In this document: positions 61,537 through 64,000 of the stretch, in pieces
Layout of the letters: each line of letters opens with the position of its first letter
How positions within the stretch are numbered: position 1 is the stretch's first letter
NCBI GenBank assembly: GCA_963765815.1
Contig: CAVXXT010000008.1
Span: forward strand, 90,811 to 154,810
Direction: 5' to 3'
DNA from: an uncultured Actinomycetota bacterium
Lineage (GTDB): Bacteria; Actinomycetota; Actinomycetes; BP-191
Length of the DNA stretch: 64,000 bases
The notes under the pieces: generated by a model
Told to the model about the DNA's origin: nothing
The model's input: the letters and a program-made list of their open reading frames with translations, nothing else
Databases searched by the model: none
Position numbers and translations under genes: made by a program

Positions 61537-64000
61537 ATGCCGCCGGTTGTGGTCGACGAGGCGCCCGGTCGGTCGCAGCGATCTCCCTTCGTGCGACGGC
61601 TCGCGGCGTATGTCCGCAACCTCGACCCGCGACTCGTGGGCGCGCCGCTGTTCCCGATGTTCGCGATCTCGCTGGTGTCGACGCTGCAGCAGGTCGACCT
61701 GCAGGCGGTCGGCCTGTCGCTGCCGGAGATCCAGACCGACACCGGCATCAACCGCAGTGCGCTCATCTTCGCCACGACGATGTTCTCCTACGGCAGCTAC
61801 CTCGCTCTGCCCGCCATGGGCTGGACCGCCGACCGGCGGTCGCGCACGGTGATGATGCGAATCGGCGCGCTGCTCGCGGCCGTTGGCGAGATGGTGTTCG
61901 CGTTCGGCGGATCGCTCGGCGCCTTCGTCCTCGGCCGGCTCGGCGTGGCGTCCGGCGACACCGTCTCGCGACCCGCGGGCTACACGCTGCTCGCCGACCA
62001 GTACCCGTTCCTCGCCCGGATCCGCGTCGTGTTCTTCCTGTTCGCCGTCGGCGGGGTCTGCCACATCGTCGTCATCGGCGCGGCGGGCTTCGCCATCGGC
62101 TCGATCGGCTGGCGGCCGATCTTCCTCGCGATCGGCGTCGCCTACGCGGTCGGCGCGCTGCTGCTGCTGCGGGTGCGCGAGGTGCCGCGCGGCTACTGGG
62201 AGCGCAAGGAGCTCGGCGCCAGCGAGGAGGTCGCCCGGACCGAGCAGGCGCCGGTCAGCTGGAAGGAGAGCTGGCGCGCAGCCGCGAGCATCGGCCTGGT
62301 CCGCAGGCAGTGGATCGCGGCTCCGCTGTTCGCCGTCGTCAACTCGTTCGTCAACGTGTACTACGGCATCTACTTCGCCCAGCGCTTCGGCCTCACGCCC
62401 GGCGAGCGGACCGTCATCGCGATCATCAACGCCTGTGCGGTGCTGTTCGGGCTGCTCTTTGTCGGCCAGCCGCTCGCCCGCATGATCACGTCGCGCCCAC
62501 GCGTCGTCGTCGCGATGCAGGCGTCGCAGGGCGTCCTGACGACGGCCGGCTGCGCGCTGCTGCTGTTCGAGCCGAGCCTCAACCTCTCGGTCGTCATCGT
62601 CGCGCTGCTGGCAATGGTCAACGGCACGATCTTCCCGCTGCAGATGGGCCTGCTGTCGCTCGTCGTGCCGCCGCGGCTGCGCGGCTTCGGGATGCCGACG
62701 CTGTTCTTCTGGTCGGTGCCCGGCTCGATCCTGTTCGCCATCATCGGCGGCCAGTCGACCAGCCACGGGTTCGGCCACCTGCTGCTGCTGATGGCGCCGT
62801 TCGGCCTGGCGGCGAGCCTGGTGCTGCTCACCGCGATCCCGCTGGTCGAGCGCGACATCCGGGCCGGGCAGCTGGCCAGCCTCGCCGACGAGCACGCGCG
62901 GCAGGCCCGCTCGAGCGGCCGGAACAAGATGCTGATCTGCCGCGGCGTCGACGTGTCCTACAGCGGGGTCCAGGTCCTCTTCGGCGTCGACCTCGATGTC
63001 GACGAGGGGGAGATCGTCGCGCTGCTCGGCACCAACGGCGCCGGGAAGTCGACGCTGCTGCGCGCGATCGCGGGCGTGCAGGAGGCGAGCGGCGGCGCGA
63101 TCTTCCTCGACGGTCGCGACATCACCCACGTGCCGCCGCACGAGAACGCCGCGGCCGGCGTGGTCGTCGTACCGGGCGGTCATGCGGTCTGCACGTCGCT
63201 CACCGTCGAGGAGAACCTGCGGGCGGCGGCCTGGCTGCACCGCAAGGACGCCGAGTACGTCGCGAGCCGGCTCGAGCAGGCGCTGACGCTCTTCCCCGCG
63301 CTGCGGGCGCGGCTCGACTCGTCGACCGGCGACCTCAGCGGTGGAGAGCAGCAGATGGTCGCGATCGCGCAGTCGTATCTGATGGAGCCGCGGCTGCTGA
63401 TGATCGACGAGCTGTCGCTCGGGCTCGCGCCGCAGGTGGTGGAGACGCTGCTGGAGTCGCTCCGCGCCATCAACGCGACCGGTACGACGATCCTGCTGGT
63501 CGAGCAGTCGCTCAACGTCGCGCTGACCATCGCAAACCGCGCTGTGTTCATGGACAAGGGCGAGGTGCGCTTCGACGGCAGCACCGCGGAGCTGCTCGAG
63601 CGTCCGGACCTCGTCCGGGCGGTGTTCATGGGAAGCGGCACCGGCACCCGCGGGTCACGGCGCCGGCCGCCGCGCAACGACGACGCCGCGACCGCGCTGC
63701 TCGAGGTCGAGGCGCTGACGGTGCGGTTCGGCGGCATCGACGCCCTCACCGACGTCTCCTTCGAGGTCCGGCCGCGAGAGGTGGTCGGGATCATCGGCCC
63801 GAACGGCGCCGGCAAGACGACGCTCTTCGACGCGATCTCCGGGTTGACGCCGACGACGAGCGGGCGGGTGCTGATCAAGGGACGTGACGTCAGCGCGCTG
63901 GCACTCGACGCCCGGGCGGCGGCCGGCCTCGGGCGGTCGTTCCAGAACGCGCGGCTCTTCCCGTCGATGACCGTGCGGGAGAACATCGCGGTCGGGCTGC
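61537..64000 (+). CDS. Fusion protein: MFS-like 12-TM domain + LivF-like + LivG-like ABC ATPase domains (3' end beyond window)
   Basis: Frame-1 ORF is open from 61537 to the window end, so it is absent from the complete-ORF track. MFS motif A (MGWTADRRSRTVMM). First Walker A GTNGAGKST with LSGGEQQM. Second Walker A GPNGAGKTT. Confidence 0.65.
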   Translation, partial: MPPVVVDEAPGRSQRSPFVRRLAAYVRNLDPRLVGAPLFPMFAISLVSTLQQVDLQAVGLSLPEIQTDTGINRSALIFATTMFSYGSYLALPAMGWTADRRSRTVMMRIGALLAAVGEMVFAFGGSLGAFVLGRLGVASGDTVSRPAGYTLLADQYPFLARIRVVFFLFAVGGVCHIVVIGAAGFAIGSIGWRPIFLAIGVAYAVGALLLLRVREVPRGYWERKELGASEEVARTEQAPVSWKESWRAAASIGLVRRQWIAAPLFAVVNSFVNVYYGIYFAQRFGLTPGERTVIAIINACAVLFGLLFVGQPLARMITSRPRVVVAMQASQGVLTTAGCALLLFEPSLNLSVVIVALLAMVNGTIFPLQMGLLSLVVPPRLRGFGMPTLFFWSVPGSILFAIIGGQSTSHGFGHLLLLMAPFGLAASLVLLTAIPLVERDIRAGQLASLADEHARQARSSGRNKMLICRGVDVSYSGVQVLFGVDLDVDEGEIVALLGTNGAGKSTLLRAIAGVQEASGGAIFLDGRDITHVPPHENAAAGVVVVPGGHAVCTSLTVEENLRAAAWLHRKDAEYVASRLEQALTLFPALRARLDSSTGDLSGGEQQMVAIAQSYLMEPRLLMIDELSLGLAPQVVETLLESLRAINATGTTILLVEQSLNVALTIANRAVFMDKGEVRFDGSTAELLERPDLVRAVFMGSGTGTRGSRRRPPRNDDAATALLEVEALTVRFGGIDALTDVSFEVRPREVVGIIGPNGAGKTTLFDAISGLTPTTSGRVLIKGRDVSALALDARAAAGLGRSFQNARLFPSMTVRENIAVGL

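Overview
High-GC actinobacterial chromosomal window (Nocardioides/Streptomyces-like codon usage, heavy GC3 bias). About 68 genes are densely packed, with frequent ATGA/GTGA start-stop overlaps. It is a mixed housekeeping and accessory region. Many long Arg/Ala-rich ORFs in the six-frame track are antisense or read-through artefacts of the GC bias and were discarded.

Housekeeping genes: thiC (3' part), serS, pepN, the proteasome activator bpa, ogt, an ECF sigma factor, arcA, larB-larC, efeU, a beta-carbonic anhydrase and an acyl-CoA dehydrogenase.

Accessory content:
- An intact IS30-family insertion sequence (23769-24955) inserted exactly between the convergent stops of a HAD hydrolase and bpa.
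- About 8 kb upstream, a roughly 950-bp element bounded by duplicated copies of the same IS30 terminal inverted repeats. It has no transposase and carries a frameshifted DUF559-type endonuclease gene.
- A frameshifted geranylgeranyl-reductase-family gene.
- A compact cluster of three paralogous ATP-grasp ligases next to an S51-peptidase-like protein, two translationally coupled putative esterase-family hydrolases and an internally duplicated membrane protein. This is a candidate undescribed peptide/amide-forming system.
- An HDO-type diiron enzyme gene tightly linked to arginine deiminase.
- A long minus-strand sugar-utilisation operon (DUF4185, aldose-1-epimerase-like, CBM-like, FAH hydrolase, SDR, SMP-30 lactonase, SDR, enolase-superfamily dehydratase) flanked by two paralogous secreted CBM-like genes.
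- An unusual MFS-domain/tandem-ABC-ATPase fusion at the window end.

All calls come from reading the translations. No database search was possible.
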